Source: Mustelus asterias (lineage: Eukaryota). From it: DNA of 64,000 nt. The stretch is from the NCBI RefSeq assembly GCF_964213995.1, contig NC_135822.1, forward strand, positions 24,118,001 through 24,182,000, read 5' to 3'. Below, in pieces: positions 1-13,272 of the stretch. Below the pieces are notes generated by a model. It did no database searches, was not told the origin of the DNA, and saw nothing but the letters and a program-made list of their open reading frames with translations. Numbering within the stretch: position 1 is the first letter of the stretch; each line of letters begins with the position of its first letter. Made by a program: the position numbers and the translations under genes.

Positions 1-27
1 AGATTGCTCACAACCAGTCTCCTCTTC

Positions 28-272
28 CATAAGAACAAAGGAACTAGACAGGAATAGGCCATCTGGCCCCTCGAGCCTGCTCCGGCATTTAATAAGATCA
101 TGGCTCATCTTTTCGTGGACTCAGCTCCACTTACCCGCCCACTCACCATAACCCTTAATTCCTTTACTGTTCAAAAATTTATCTATCCTTGCCTTAAAAA
201 CATTCAATGAGGTAGCCTCAACTGGGCAGGGAATTCCAGATTCACAACCCTTTGGGTGAAGAAGTTCCTTTC
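28..272 (-). mobile_element. CR1-type LINE 3' end fragment
   Basis: Similar to the CR1 3' ends at 12590 and 19195 (ggccatctggcccctcgagcctgctcc tail). Confidence 0.75.
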
Positions 273-1023
273 GAACTGTGATTAGCAACAACCTATATTT
301 AGCCCTTTAATGCATCTTTAATGTATTAAAAGCACCAAGCTATTTCACAGGAGAAATTTGATACTGAGATACCTAAAGAAATGTTAAGGTAGAGGACCAA
401 GAACTTGCTCAAAGAACATTTTGAGGAGAGTCTTAAGGGAAGAAAGAGAGGTAGAGAAGTTTAGGGAGGAAATTCCAGAACTTGGGGGCCCTGGCAGCTA
501 AAGGTACATCCATTAACTGTGAAGCAATCAATATCAGGGGTGCTCAAGGAGACAGAATTAGAAGAGCATAGGTATTTCAGAGGGTTATGGGGCCAGAGGG
601 ATGAGGTCTCAGAGGGCTGTGAAACAAGGATGAGAATTTTAAAATCAAGGTGTTACCAGACTGGGAGCCAACGTAAATCAGTGATCACAGGGGTGAAAGA
701 TTTACAGGATATGGTGCAATTTAAGATGCAGGAAACAGAAGTTTTGATAACATCCAAGTTTATAGAGGGAAGAATGTGGGAGACCAGCCAGGACTGTGTC
801 AGAATAGTAAATTCTGGAGGTAATAAAGGCTCTAACAAAGATTTGCCGTGCACTGTCAGCATTTTTTGTTATTTTAGATTTCTAGAATCTGAGGTTTTAT
901 CTCAGGACAGTAACTTTCGCGCAGCTCCCTATCATCTACTTAATTTCTGACAACTTGTGTCTCTCGGCATCGGTGTGTAACAAGCGACGTTATTGATGAC
1001 TGGCATTGACTCCAGGTACATAC

Positions 1024-1100
1024 CAGTTCTGAGTGAACCCTGATTCCCAGATTTGAGATGCATAATCTGTCATGGCATACAGCCAGCGAAGGAGGAACAT
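1024..1100 (-). CDS. DNAJC16: DNAJC16 exon 11 (gene continues beyond left edge)
   Basis: cag|ATGTTCCTCCTTCGCTGG...AACTG|gtatgt; MFLLRWLYAMTDYASQIWESGFTQNW resembles human VFLLRWFYSASDYISDCWDSIFHNNW. Confidence 0.9.
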
Positions 1101-3221
1101 CTGCAGAGAGAACATTGGGTTCAAATTTTTATGACAAGTTCGCAGCATGCATTAAAACTACAATTTCTTGATGCACAGACACGCAAAGGTCATCCTGATG
1201 ATACAACAGTAGCTTATGTTTGGAGCTTTAGCAGAGCTGAACATGTAAACTCCAGCGGATGAATTAGTGTAGATAGTGTGCTAAAGCCATTTACTGATGA
1301 ATCAAATTGAAACAAAAATGTCTTGAGCTGAACCTCGCATGTAAATTTACCCTTATTCAGATTTTCAAACAGAACAATATACTCATATACGTTTAGATGG
1401 TGTTTACTGTTGTACCTTTTACTAGTCTTAAAACCTGTATCATAAGGGTAGTGGTTAAATGAGGAAAAAAAATCTTTAGAAAATATATAGCAGGATAAAC
1501 CTGAACTTACACTGAATTTATAATATATTTGGTGGAACATTATACTCATTTAAGAACAATTTTGAGGATTTTTACTTTCTCTTTTGACTGGTTTCTATTT
1601 ATAGGACAGCAAACACTAAAACTTCAAAGTTATCCGGTAGTTTCTTGCATCTAACATTCTTGTTGCACAATTTTAAACCTTATAGTCCAACATTGGGAAA
1701 CAGTGAAGGACTTGGATAATGTACCCGAAAACGAGGAGAAGCAGAGCTAAGGACAGCTGCTTATCTATTCTTTGTTGAGCTTAATGCAAACATCATCTGT
1801 TAATATAAATGATCTATTACGTAGTGATATGATGAAAGTCGCATCATCACATTTTCCTGAAGGATTCGGAGAATTGAACATCTCTCCAAGGACGGTGCTA
1901 CACTCAGTGCTGCGTTATGGTTGCCAACCCTCCCAGATTGCCTGGAAGTCTCCTGAATGAACAATCAATCAATTTCCTGGACACAGCGGCTGATAACCCG
2001 GGAGAAAAGCATTCCAGTTCTTGATTGAATGCCATTGATAGCCCAAACTTGGGGCGTGTGTAAAACCTCTTGAATGTTTATGTGACTGCACTTTCAAAAG
2101 GTGAGTTGAAGCAATTCCTCTAACCCATTTGGACTTGGTTCTATAAACTCAATGCATATTCTATACATATTGTTATGCTGCATCTATTTATTATTCGAAA
2201 TCTCACCATTTTAAAGTCCATTGGGTCCTTAATGAAGGGTTCACCAAAGAGATAGATTCTATTTGAGATTTGATGGCATCAAGGGGTATGGGGAGAAAGC
2301 GGGAACATGGCATTGAGATTGAGGATCAGCCATGATCGTACTGAATGGTGGAACAGGCTCGAAGGGCCAAATGGCCTACTCCTGCTCCTAGTTTCTATGT
2401 TAAGGATAACTGTAGCTTCTTTCAGTTTTTTACTATCTTTCACTGTCTCCTGCAGACAGTGGTCAGATCAACTTTAAAACTGACAGATTTTGCTAAAGTG
2501 GATCTTCCTGCTCACGTCTATTTTACCTCCATCTTCATTCCCGACACTGATCTAACTATGGCCAGTAAATGCACCGCACCAGCAGTAGTGTGTTCCTCCC
2601 ATATTTGAAATGCACCACCCAACACCCCAGTCCTCAAGCTGCATTTAAATGTTCAGCTGCCTGTTTTGTGATAATGCTGCGATGGAATGGACTGATGTCA
2701 CCACAAATAAGCGGCGACTGGGAAGCAGCCAATTTGTGAAAAGCAATCTGTTCATTCGATTTCTTTGGGCCAGAAATTGCTGTCACTCTCCTTATGACAT
2801 GTAGCGTAAGCTTGAGGGATCAGTAATCAACCATTGAAATGGATTCATTAAAATTGCAAACATCGTATCTGTCAACTGGCAGAAGTTCCAGCAATAGTTT
2901 CAACCACTGCTGGCAATCCTGGCTACAGTTCGGTTATCCAACCGTTAGGGAATCTTAATCCTCACCAATTTTACCTGGCAGTAAAATCTGGCTCAGTACT
3001 TCCGCATTGCATCATCAATTTTTGATTTGGGTCAAAGATATTAGGCAGGATTTTCCGGTTCTGCCCGCACTGGGACCGGAAATTCCCACCAGAGATAAAC
3101 GAACCTTTCAACTGTCTGTCCCGCCCATTGTCTCCTCATTGCGTTCCAACAATTTATCAGGACTACAAATGTAACAGAGACAAACTCAATTATTTGAGTG
3201 GGTAATAATAAAAATACTTAC

Positions 3222-3410
3222 TGGTGCAAATTCATCATTTAGCTCAGGTAATACACCATCCTGCGAAAGGAGCCTGTGCTCTCCCATTCCTGTTAACTGA
3301 TCCAGTTCATTAAATAGTTGCATTTTGTCTTCCTCATTCCCATTCCATCCACTTACGAGTAGTTTATAGAATACTTTCCCTGGAGTGCTGCTTTGCTGTA
3401 GAATCACAAC
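3222..3410 (-). CDS. DNAJC16: DNAJC16 exon 10
   Basis: tag|GTT...CCA|gtaagt; VVILQQSSTPGKVFYKLLVSGWNGNEEDK...VLPELNDEFAP. Confidence 0.92.
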
Positions 3411-4039
3411 CTATTCAATAGATTTTTTTGGAAAAAAGAAATAGTCATTAAAAAATGACTTATGTAAAAAGTGAAAGGACAACACATGGAGGGCAATGAA
3501 ATAAAGGTATAGGATATTGACGAAGGAGATACTCTTTCACCATTTTCAGAGCAAGCAGCTCTGTGACTAATCTAAGACAAAGGGACTAAAGATCTCTTTC
3601 CTGTTCCTGAATGTCTTCTTTCATTTAATTCAGTTGTGATGAGTTCTGCCAAGTAGACATAACTACTAAACTCTATATTGGGCAAGGGTTTTTAAACAGG
3701 AGCAGTAACATGACTCTACGAAATTTGCATTAGTTAAGAGGTCACGCTTAGAAAGTTCAGAAACCGCAGAATTAAATCCTGATACTTGAAGGGAAGAAAC
3801 AGACTTGGAAATTGGAAAGACTTCAATACTGGTCCAGAGGATCATTTAACACAAGAAATAAGTGGCTAAGTAGCTTCTCACGTGGGAATTATTTCAACAG
3901 TTCTGTTGAGTGATTCCATTGATTGGGAGTATTACATTAGAACATTACAACAGTGACTACATTTCAAATGTACTTGCTGGCTAGGATGCACTTTGGGACA
4001 TCGTAAGGATGTGAGAAGTGCTATAAAAATAAAAGTAAA

Positions 4040-4290
4040 GTTAATTTATTAGTCACAAGACTTACATTAACATTGCAATGAAGTTACTGTGAAATTCCCC
4101 TAGTGGCCACACTCAGGTGCCTGTTCAGGTCAATGCACCTAACCAGCACGTCTTTCAGACCGTGGGAGGAAACGGGAGCACCCGGAGGAAACCCACGCAG
4201 ACACGGGGAGAATGTGACCAAGCTGGGAATCGAACCTGGGTCTCTGGTGCTGTGAGGCAGCAGTGCTAACCACTGTGCCGCCATGCCGCC
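4040..4290 (-). mobile_element. V-SINE, tail B
   Basis: Reverse complement of head/V-domain/tail B. Confidence 0.8.
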
Positions 4291-5052
4291 TATGCAAGTT
4301 CTTTTACTTTTGGGCTGGGCTGAAAAGGGTTTCTGGTTTAGTTTTGGAGTTTGCGCAATAAGATCGGAGATGGTCTGCCTGCAGAAAAACCTCAAGAGAT
4401 GGGCTCACTGTAGAATAAGCTGAGAGGTTTGAATGATCTCCGTTCGTTCTTTGGGATACATTCATTTCTACCATTTCAAGCTCATCTGTTCCAACGCGCA
4501 AACAAGCTTCATCTTCACCAGTGAAAAGTTCAAGTCTACTCTCCGGCAAACATTAAAAAATACATTTTGGCAAAATATCAGGTGTCCACACATAAAATAA
4601 AAAGTCATTTCTATTTGAAGTGGATTTGTGTATAAATATTTATTTAACAATGCATTCTCCATCAAAATAATGTGATAGGTGATGTACCGGACAACAAACT
4701 TAAAAACATAAGACTACTGATTGATAGGCATATACAGCTAAAATTTATTACTCCTGATTAACATTCCTGTGACAGTCTGTCATTCATATTTTTCAATGTA
4801 TTTTGAACAAATCACATCTGTGCTGACAGAGGAATCCCAAATAAATTAATTGTGCTCATCGGCCACATTACTATTAACTATTTTTCACTCATAATCAAAT
4901 ATAAAATGTGATTTTGGACAGTTAATTTTATGCTTGTAGTTACGTACGCTGTAAAGACTAGTGGCCCACGTAGATGGAAATGACAAACATGGACGCATTA
5001 TCAAGCAGCAACTCAGCTTAAAAGTGGACTCAATAAAGGTTGTTCTACTCAC

Positions 5053-5236
5053 ATATGGTGTAGGACTGTTTCTCAGTGCTGGTGGGAGCAAGGCATTAAC
5101 AAATGCTGGTTGACGTTCTGGATAGATATAAACAAATCTCAGAGTCGCTTTAGTATTCACCGAGGCAAAGGAGACAAAGGAGCGATACGCAGCCTGTAAC
5201 CCATCTTTCTCTCGAAGGATTAGCAGGACACAATAT
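5053..5236 (-). CDS. DNAJC16: DNAJC16 exon 9
   Basis: cag|A TAT TGT...TAT|gtgagt; YCVLLILREKDGLQAAYRSFVSFASVNTKATLRFVYIYPERQPAFVNALLP; phase matches exon 8. Confidence 0.92.
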
Positions 5237-5986
5237 CTGCAGAAATATGTAAGTGAAATCAACCACCCGTTACATCGGGCCAGAATCACCAAGTGAAAAT
5301 TTAACAGACAAGAGATGCGATAAATAAACTAAGTACACAAAATTAATACATTCCTTAAAATTTTAAACAGATGTGGCAAATCGAACAGTCATTCATTTGT
5401 CATCTGGGCGTTGCCTTCAGCAATATTGCTTACTGGGAAGGTCTCAAAATAGATACAAGAGATGAGATCAAATAAGCAGAGTGGGAGTCCCAAGGACTAG
5501 AAGATACTTGATGCCAGATGCCCTTAGAATCAACATGAACAAATGCCATGTTAGAACATTCTTTTCCACTAAAGTGAGGAGGATGAATCTATTACTTTTT
5601 GAATCAACCCACAAATATCTGTTCTGCATTGGCACAGAAGTTTACGATGCTGATGATACTGATTTACTTGCAGTGTCCCAGTATACCCAACAGCACCTGG
5701 GAGGCCACCTCAAGCTACTGAATTGGTCCCCACCCCTTCCAGGAACCAGGAGATCGACTGGAAAATCCTAGGCAGCCTCCATTAACAGGCATTAATAGGC
5801 CCTTAATTGGTTAGGCTCATCCTGCCGACAAGAAAATGGTTTGGAGGCAAGATGGAACCGGGAAACCAGCACAAAGGTCAGCATTGCAATTCTTAGCACC
5901 CCTTAACAGTCGGATCCAGCTATCATCAGGCAAATTTATGCCAACATCCAAAGAAAACACACATATAATTGCTGCTAGTCAGTTAC

Positions 5987-6117
5987 CTTTTCTGTTGACG
6001 GTATTGTTTCAGAGGGCACAAGTTCTCAAAAAGTTTCTGGCTTGTAAGACGAGGAACCGATAGGAATTTGTTACCAGAAATAAATTCATCTATTGCTTGT
6101 TTCTTTAATCCTTTGGT
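5987..6117 (-). CDS. DNAJC16: DNAJC16 exon 8
   Basis: cag|ACC...AG|gtaact; TKGLKKQAIDEFISGNKFLSVPRLTSQKLFENLCPLKQYRQQK. Confidence 0.93.
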
Positions 6118-6644
6118 CTGTAAGAAATTATTCAAAACCATGAATTACTTTCCCAGCACCAAGAGCACAACTGTATCTAGTTTCTTTTTTAAATAATTCC
6201 TCCCCCGCTATCCTTTCCTCCCAGTCTTTGCTGAAGGCACAGATTCTTGCTGAGCTACTTTCATAGTCTTTCTCTGCTATCGAGCCATTTTTCTTCTGTA
6301 AGCTTAGACAGTGATAGTGAATGTCAATATTCGCTCAACCATAGAAAAAGGAACAGCGATGGTTCATATACAAAGGCTGGCCACATGTGCAAAATACCAG
6401 AGTAAGTCAAGACCAATGGGGCTATATTCCAGTGTCAGCATTTCAGAGGAGGAAAGGGAAAGTGGTGAAAATAAATTAGGAGTTCTCTTTTTTGGCGAAA
6501 GTGTATTTGTTGGATGTGGCAGCGAAAACAAAAGGTAGTTCTTTTTAGACTAATGTTGAGAAAAATTTGGGACTATTCTTGGGTGCCGTCCTCTGTTTAT
6601 ATCATTGAATAGAAATACTCAAAAAAAGATGATACAGTACATAC

Positions 6645-6803
6645 CTGAATGATATCAGCTGCTTTGTCTACATTCTCCTTAAAAATCATTATGGTCGAGG
6701 TGTAACTACTTATACTGTAGTGAGCCAGGATTTCCTCAGTCATCTCTGTCCCAGTCTCCACAAAACCAAACTTAACATAATCTTTGAACTGGAAGGCAAT
6801 CAG
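6645..6803 (-). CDS. DNAJC16: DNAJC16 exon 7
   Basis: aag|CTG...CAG|gtatgt; LIAFQFKDYVKFGFVETGTEMTEEILAHYSISSYTSTIMIFKENVDKAADIIQ. Confidence 0.93.
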
Positions 6804-7960
6804 CTTTGGGAAGAAAAGTGTACGTCAGTCAGAATAGCAACATAATCATTTTCCACAATCTCTGTGTGCATTAATCCAATCAGTGAATTGCACTTAAAAA
6901 TTATGGTAGATATTCACACTATATTCCTTCATCTGCACAAGACATTGAAGGTGACACTGAATGTCCCACATACGAAAAGTGGGGAACTAAAGATCCAGCA
7001 GATCCGTAACTGCTCTATAATTACAATAACTTATATTTAAATATGAAAAATTCTATAACATAACCACTTTCAAGAGAAACATCTCAGACCAATTTATTTA
7101 GAGAAAAGAGTTTTAAAACTAAAATATTGCATATTTTAAATTAATTAAAATGTGCTTTAGGGATTAAATGAAAGATTTCCAGCGCCTGAAGTTGTTATAC
7201 TTTTATATGGTTCATTAACAATGGTCATCATTTAAATGCGAGTGAGATTTTTCCAATTGTGTTTACTAAAGTAGCTCCGATAATATTACTGCAACAAGAT
7301 TCTGCTGCCCTCAACAATACCATCACCTCTGTAAAGAGTGGAAGAATAATTCACAGAGCGGAGATGTTTTGAGCTTAAAAATCAAAAGAAAATCTGTTTT
7401 GAGTGGTGGATGGTAGAAGGACTAGATAACAGATTTAAGATTTTGAGTAAGAGATGAAGGAGGAATATGTGGAGGAGCTTTTTAATGCAATGAGTATTAA
7501 TGATCAGAATTTTGTTGCCTATGAGGGACAGCACGGTGGCACAGTAGTTGGCGTTGCTGCCTCACAGCACCAGGGACCAGAGTTCGATTCCGGTCTTGGG
7601 TGACTGTGTGTGGAATTTGCACATTCTCCCCATGTCTGCATGGGTTTCCTCCGGGTGCTCCGGTTTTCTCCCACTGTCCAGGAGGATGTGTAGATTAGGT
7701 GAATTAGCTATAGTAAATTCACGGGGTTAGGGTTGGGCCTAGGCAAGATGCTCTTTCAGAGAGTCGGTGCACACTCAATGGGCTGAATGGCCTCCTTCTG
7801 TGTCATAATGACTCTATATTTTGAAGATGACAGAAAGACCACAAAAAAAAAGAAAGTCACAGATTCAGATGAACTCTTGGCACAAATGAAAGCAATGCAT
7901 AACTGCACCATTTCATCATTATACATGGCAATTCACAACAAATGGTTTAAGATGCATTAC

Positions 7961-8065
7961 CTTGTACAACAGTGGCACTGCATACTTATGGTGAAATATT
8001 AATGCACGAGGCTTGTTGTCTTGTTCCCATGCAGACAAGAAATGCATATAATTCTTGTTGGTTAC
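7961..8065 (-). CDS. DNAJC16: DNAJC16 exon 6
   Basis: tag|GTA...AAG|gtaatg; VTNKNYMHFLSAWEQDNKPRALIFHHKYAVPLLYK (105 nt). Confidence 0.93.
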
Positions 8066-8289
8066 CTAAAAATATAATACAATTATCTAGTTACATTTTT
8101 AAATCTCAGGAGAATGTAGCCCATTTTTCCATTACCCTGTTGTTGCAATTCAGTTTGAGGATTTGACTGCACCATCTACACTGAAAATCCAAACCTTTAG
8201 CTGAGTAGTATCACTCTTGCCTCAAGAGTCAGACGGTTGTGAGTTCAAGTCCCGCTCCAGGGACCAGAGTACATTATATAATGAAAAAG

Positions 8290-10015
8290 GAGCAATACCC
8301 AGGCATACCTAAAACAAGGTGTTAAGTTGTTGAAGCTACAACACAAGACTACTTGCATGCCAAACAACATAAGCAGCAAGCGATACACAGAGCTAAGCGA
8401 TTCGTGAATCTAACCATACCACATCCATTCGTGAATGGTGATGGATAAACAACTCATTGGAGGAGGAGGCAGCTCCCTCAATGATGGGTGAGCCCAGCAC
8501 ATCATTGCAAAAGATAAGGCTGAACCATTGGCAACAATCTTCAATCTAGTCAAGCTGTCCCTATATAGCTACAACACCGGCATCTAACTGGCATTGTGGA
8601 AAAATATATATTGTGGAAAAATATATCCTGTACACAAAAGTAGGACAAATCCAACCCAGCCCATTACCACTCCATCAGTCTATGCGCAATCATCAGTAAA
8701 GTGATAGAAGGGGGTCACTGACAGTGCTATCAAGCAACACTTGCTTAACAATAACCTGCCGATGGATGCTCAGTTTGGATTCCATTAGTCACTCAGCCCC
8801 TGACATTATTACAACCTTGGTTCAACATGGTCAAAAAGACTGAATGCCAGAGGTGAGGTGAGAGTAGCTGCCCTTGACATCAAAGCAACACTTGACTGAG
8901 TATGGTATCAAGGAGCCCTAGCAAAAATGTAGTCAAAGTGAATCAAGGGGAAAAACTCTCCATTGGTTGGAGCATGCCTAGCATAAAGGGAGATAGTTGT
9001 AGTTGTTGGAGGTCAAATCATCTCAGTTCAGGATATCACTGCAGAAGTTCCTCAGTAAGGTGTCCTCAGCCCAAACATCTTCAGTTGCCCCATCGATGAC
9101 CTTCCTACCACCATAAGGTCAGAAGTGGGGATGTTAGCTGATGATTGCACAATGTTCGGCAACATGTGTGACTCTCCAGGTACTGAAGCAGTCCATGTCC
9201 AAATACAGCAAGACCTGGGCAATATATGGACAGGCTGACAAGTGGCAATAACAATCGCGCCACACAAGCACCAGGCAATGAACATTGCCAACAACAGAGA
9301 ATCTAACCATTGCCCTTTTACATTCAGTGGCATGACCATCACTGAAACCCCTAATATTAACATCCTAGGGTTTACCATTGACCAGAACCTGAACTGGACT
9401 AGCCATATAAATACAGTGGCTACAAGAGCAGGTCAAAGGCTAGGAATCCTGCTTCGAGTAATTCAGCTCCTGACTCCCCAGAGCCTGTCCACTATCTGCA
9501 AGGCTCAAGTCAGAAGGCAAGACACATGGCTAAATGAATACAACTCCAACAACCCTCACAAAACCTGACACCATTCAGGACAAAGCAGCCCATTTGATCG
9601 GTACCCTTGCCACAAACATTCATTCCCTCCACCACCAAACCACAGTGGCAGCAGCGTGTACCATCTATAAGATGGGCTGCAGGAACTCGGCAAGGCTTCT
9701 TGTACAGCACCTTCCAAACTTACGACCACTACTATCTAGAAGGACAAGGGCAGCTGACACATGGGAACACCATCACCGGGAAGTTCCCCTTCCAGCCACT
9801 TACCATCCTGACTTGGAAGGATATCGCTGTTCCTTCACTGTTGCCGGGTCAAATTCCTGGAATGCCCTCCCTAACCGTGCTGTAGGTGTACCTACACCAC
9901 ATGGACTGCAGCAGTAGAAAGCGGCAGCTTACCACCACCTTTTTAAGAGAATTAATGATGGGGCAATAAATGCTGGCCTAGACAGCGACACCCACATCCG
10001 ACAAATGAATTAAAA
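8290..10015 (+). mobile_element. Degraded non-LTR retrotransposon (CR1/L2-group RT) 3' portion
   Basis: ILGFTIDQNLNWTSHINTVATRAGQRLGIL; same family as 46500-47807; frameshifted. Confidence 0.85.
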
Positions 10016-10341
10016 ACACAGGCTGACTTCTGCATAGTACTACAAGAAAAGTGATGGCCCAGTGGTATTATCAGTAGACTATTAAGCTAGAAACTCAGTG
10101 AATGTTGGGGACCCACGTTCAAATCCCACCACGGCAGATGTTGGAATTTGAATTCAAAGAAAAAAATTCTTGAATAAAGAATCTACTGATTGTCGATTGT
10201 CAGAAAAACCCATCTGGTTCACTAATGTCCTGGAGGGTAGGAAATCCTGATGTGGAGATGCCGGCGTTGGACTGGGGTGAACACAGTAAGAAGTCTCACA
10301 ACACCAGGTTAAAGTCCAACAGGTTTATTTGGTAGCAAATA

Positions 10342-10378
10342 CCATAAGCTTTCGGAGCACTGCTCCTTCGTCAGATGG
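10342..10378 (-). ncRNA. Minimal hammerhead ribozyme motif (inverted arm, sense to DNAJC16 pre-mRNA)
   Basis: Reverse complement reads ccat-CTGACGA-aggagcagtgctcc-GAAA-gCTT-atgg. Confidence 0.85.
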
Positions 10379-10382
10379 AGTC

Positions 10383-10419
10383 CCATCTGACGAAGGAGCA
10401 GTACTCCGAAAGCTTATGG
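10383..10419 (+). ncRNA. Minimal type I hammerhead ribozyme motif
   Basis: ccat-CTGACGA-a-ggag-cagta-ctcc-GAAA-g-CTT-atgg. Confidence 0.85.
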
Positions 10420-11561
10420 TATTTGCTACCAAATAAACCTGTTGGGCTTTAACCTGGTGTTGTGAGACTTCTTACTGGGTAGGAAATCTGCCATCCTTAC
10501 CTGGTCTTGCCGACATATGACTCCAGAGCCACAGCAATGTGGTTGACTCTCAACTGCCCTCGGGCAACTAGGGATGGGCAATAAATGCTTGCCAGCCAGC
10601 AACGCCCATATCCCATGAATCTCTTACGGATAAGATGTTAAACCAAGTCAAATCTATCTCTCAAGTAGACAAAGTTCCAATGGTACTATTTGAAGAAAAG
10701 CAGCGGAATTCTCTTGGTGTCCTAGTCAATATTTATTCCTCAAACAATACAGCTCAAACAGATGACCTAGTCAATAATTTGTTCTTGTTTATGGGGCCTT
10801 GTTGTGCTGTGTCTCCTACAAGAGGCTATAATACGTTGGTTGCATGGCACTTTGTGAAACCCTGAGGTTATGAAAGGTGTCATACAAGTACAAATTTGCC
10901 TTTCATTTTTCCTTTCAAACACAGTGCAAAGCTGACCCGAATAATCTTGGCATCAACATCAATTGTACTTTCAATTGGCTTCATATCAGAGTGTAAATGT
11001 TTAGTAAGAGATTTATGTATCTGTTGGAGAATGAATGATCACATTTATGTCACTGAGTTCTAATGACCTTTTAAAAGTTTGTCAGAATTTCTCAATTGTT
11101 TCAATCCATTTTGTAACATGCAGCCAGCTAACCGATATTTTAATTTATTTGGGTAGGGTTTTATGACTCTCAGATCATCCCTCCATTCCTAAAACGTTAT
11201 TTTGGTCTTTTTCCCATGACATCTTTTCCCAAATTATCACAATGGCTCATCACCGTGTATCCTTTTCAGTACTAAGTAGGAAGTGACTATGTGATTCAGC
11301 CTAAGAGTGTACTAGCTATAGGGTGACAAGACTGGAAAATTTTGGCACCGAATAACCTACTTGTGCCACAGATTTAAAATATTCCACATACACTTTGCTA
11401 AAGCATAACACCACACCAGACATTAACTCAAGTCAAGGCAAGGCACATGTATCATAATAATTACTGCCCTGAAATTTTTAACATTTCAATAAAAGTTTAT
11501 ATCAATGAACACAAGAAAATCAGTGAGGCCTCATCCAGGCTGTGATTATTTGACTACACAC

Positions 11562-11746
11562 CTGCTCCAAAAGGTTGCTTGGCAGAAGGTTTTCCACAAA
11601 ATGTCTCAGATTTTCTCGAACTACAGTGGTTTTAAAGAATGTTACTCTTCCATTGATGACTCCAACAATTGCCGGGTGCTGATACACCCCGAGGTGATTT
11701 AACAGACGACGCTCATACCCTGAATCTATGACTCCAATCCCAAGGC
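11562..11746 (-). CDS. DNAJC16: DNAJC16 exon 5
   Basis: cag|GC...CAG|gtgtgt; GLGIGVIDSGYERRLLNHLGVYQHPAIVGVINGRVTFFKTTVVRENLRHFVENLLPSNLLEQ. Confidence 0.95.
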
Positions 11747-12149
11747 CTGAAAGGAAATTCAACAACAGATCACTTATTCCCTGTCACTCCATGAATACTG
11801 ACACGCTTTACTAGTTTGCATTTTATTTCCCCACAACCCGATCCCTCTAATTTTCTCTTTTCCCTCCGGGAAGCAGTGATTATGGGGCTGGGGGACCATT
11901 CCACAGGCTCTGGCTGTCCTATCACAGTTACCCAAGTAGCCATTCTTCACTTGATCCTGCACAGAGAGAACGAAAAAAGATGGTGCTGGAGCGAGGCGAC
12001 TTCTTGCGAGCTGTCACCACCCAGCATACCCTCTAATTTCATCATTTACTTCCATTCTGTGCTTTTAAAGCTGAACTCACTCCATTCTGCACCCTCTCCT
12101 TTCCTTTTCCCCTACGTAGTCCATGAACGGTATGTTTTGCTTGTACAAG

Positions 12150-12467
12150 CGGCAGCACAGTGGCACAGTGGTTAGCACTGCTACCTCACAGCGCCAGGGA
12201 CCGGAGTTCGACTCCCGGCTTGGGTCACCGTCTGTGTGGAGTTTGCGCATTCTCCCCGTGTCTGTGTGGGTTTCCTCCGGGGTGCTCCGGTTTCCTCTCT
12301 CAGTCCAAAGATGTGTGGGTTAGGTGGATTGGCCATGCAAAATTGCCCCTTAGTGTCAGGGGGATTAGCAGGGTAAATGGGTTATGGGGATAGGGCCTGG
12401 GTGGGATTGTAGTCGGTGCAGACTCGATGGGCTGAATGGCCTCCTTCTGCACTGTTGGATTCTACGA
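12150..12467 (+). mobile_element. HE1-type tRNA-derived V-SINE with CR1-like tail (other copies at about 7525, 16338, 24585, 26445, 35425-, 44610-, 54053, 56689, 57243-, 59773-)
   Basis: tggcacagtggttagcactgc...gttcga head (pol III A/B-box like), V-domain ttctccccgtgtctgcgtgggtttcctccgggtgctccgg, tail gatgggccgaatggcctccttctgcactg. Confidence 0.85.
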
Positions 12468-12589
12468 TATAAGAAACAATACTTTTCACTATATCTCAGT
12501 ACGTGACAATAATAAATCAAATCATTTATATGAAGGCATCAGAGTCGAGTTGGTTCTGCCTCTTCCATTGGCCGTACACAACCGATTCA

Positions 12590-13058
12590 TAAGACCGCAA
12601 GATGTAGGAGCAGAATTAGGCCACTCGGCCCATCAAGTCTGCTCCGCCATTCAATCATGGCTGATATTTTTCTCATCCCCATTCTCCTGCCTTTTCCCCA
12701 TAATCCTTGATCCCCTTATTAATCAAGAACCTATCTATCTCTATCTTAAAGACACTCAATGACCTGGCCTCCACAGCCTTCTGCGGCAAGAGTTCCACAG
12801 ATTCACCACTCACTGGCTGAAGAAATTCCTCCTCATCTCTGTTTTAAAGGATCATCCCTTTAGCCTGAGGTTGTGCCCTCTGGTTCTAGTTTTTCCAACT
12901 AGTGGAAACATCCTCTCCACGTCCACTCTATCCAGGCCTCACAGTATCCTGTAAGTTTCAATAAGATCCCCCCCTCATCCTTCTAAACTCCAACGAGTAC
13001 AGACCCAGAGTCCTCAACTGTTCCTCATACGACAAGCTCTTCATTCCAGGGATCATTC
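12590..13058 (-). mobile_element. CR1/HER1-like LINE 3' end
   Basis: Near-identical to 19195-19640. Confidence 0.85.
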
Positions 13059-13272
13059 AACTCCTTTATAGCTCAGAGCCACAGAGGCCAATTGCAGCAT
13101 CCAACTGACATCAGTTAACACAACAGAGACCAAAGGTTGCACCCAAGCCCTTTCTGGTTTATACATCAGAACACGGCACCACCTGTTGAGCCATCAAAAG
13201 TGCTCCTTGACTTTGAAGAGTTTCCCCTATCAAACAGAAACTTTGTCATCGATTATTTTGAGGCTGACATAC

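Larger units (their letters stand above)
10247..10476. mobile_element. Fold-back Penelope-like element terminus (two inverted pLTR arms)
   Basis: Arms about 95 bp, centre near 10380; TSD gggtaggaaatc at 10235-10246 and 10477-10488; terminus matches the GIY-YIG-bearing copy at 26575. Confidence 0.88.

Noticed and set aside
1675-1780. Minus-strand frame IDKQLSLALLLLVFGYIIQVLHCFPMLDYK resembling a neuropeptide signal peptide nested in a DNAJC16 intron
   Set aside because: No in-frame ATG (stop just upstream), weak donor and no downstream exon found; probably chance.
4084-4395. ORF containing ...PKSKRTC, reminiscent of a urotensin-related KR-xC cleavage site
   Set aside because: The KRTC codons belong to the end of a common repeat split by a SINE; no FWKYC follows.
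11165-12050. Possible C/D or H/ACA (SCARNA21-like) RNA in DNAJC16 introns 4-5 (TGATGA at ~11250 and ~12042 on - strand)
   Set aside because: No terminal stem and no recognisable U12, U2 or rRNA antisense element; needs an Rfam search.
12160-12393. Recurrent MAQWLALLPHSARDPGS... ORFs throughout the window
   Set aside because: These are translations of SINE head and V-domain sequence, not genes.
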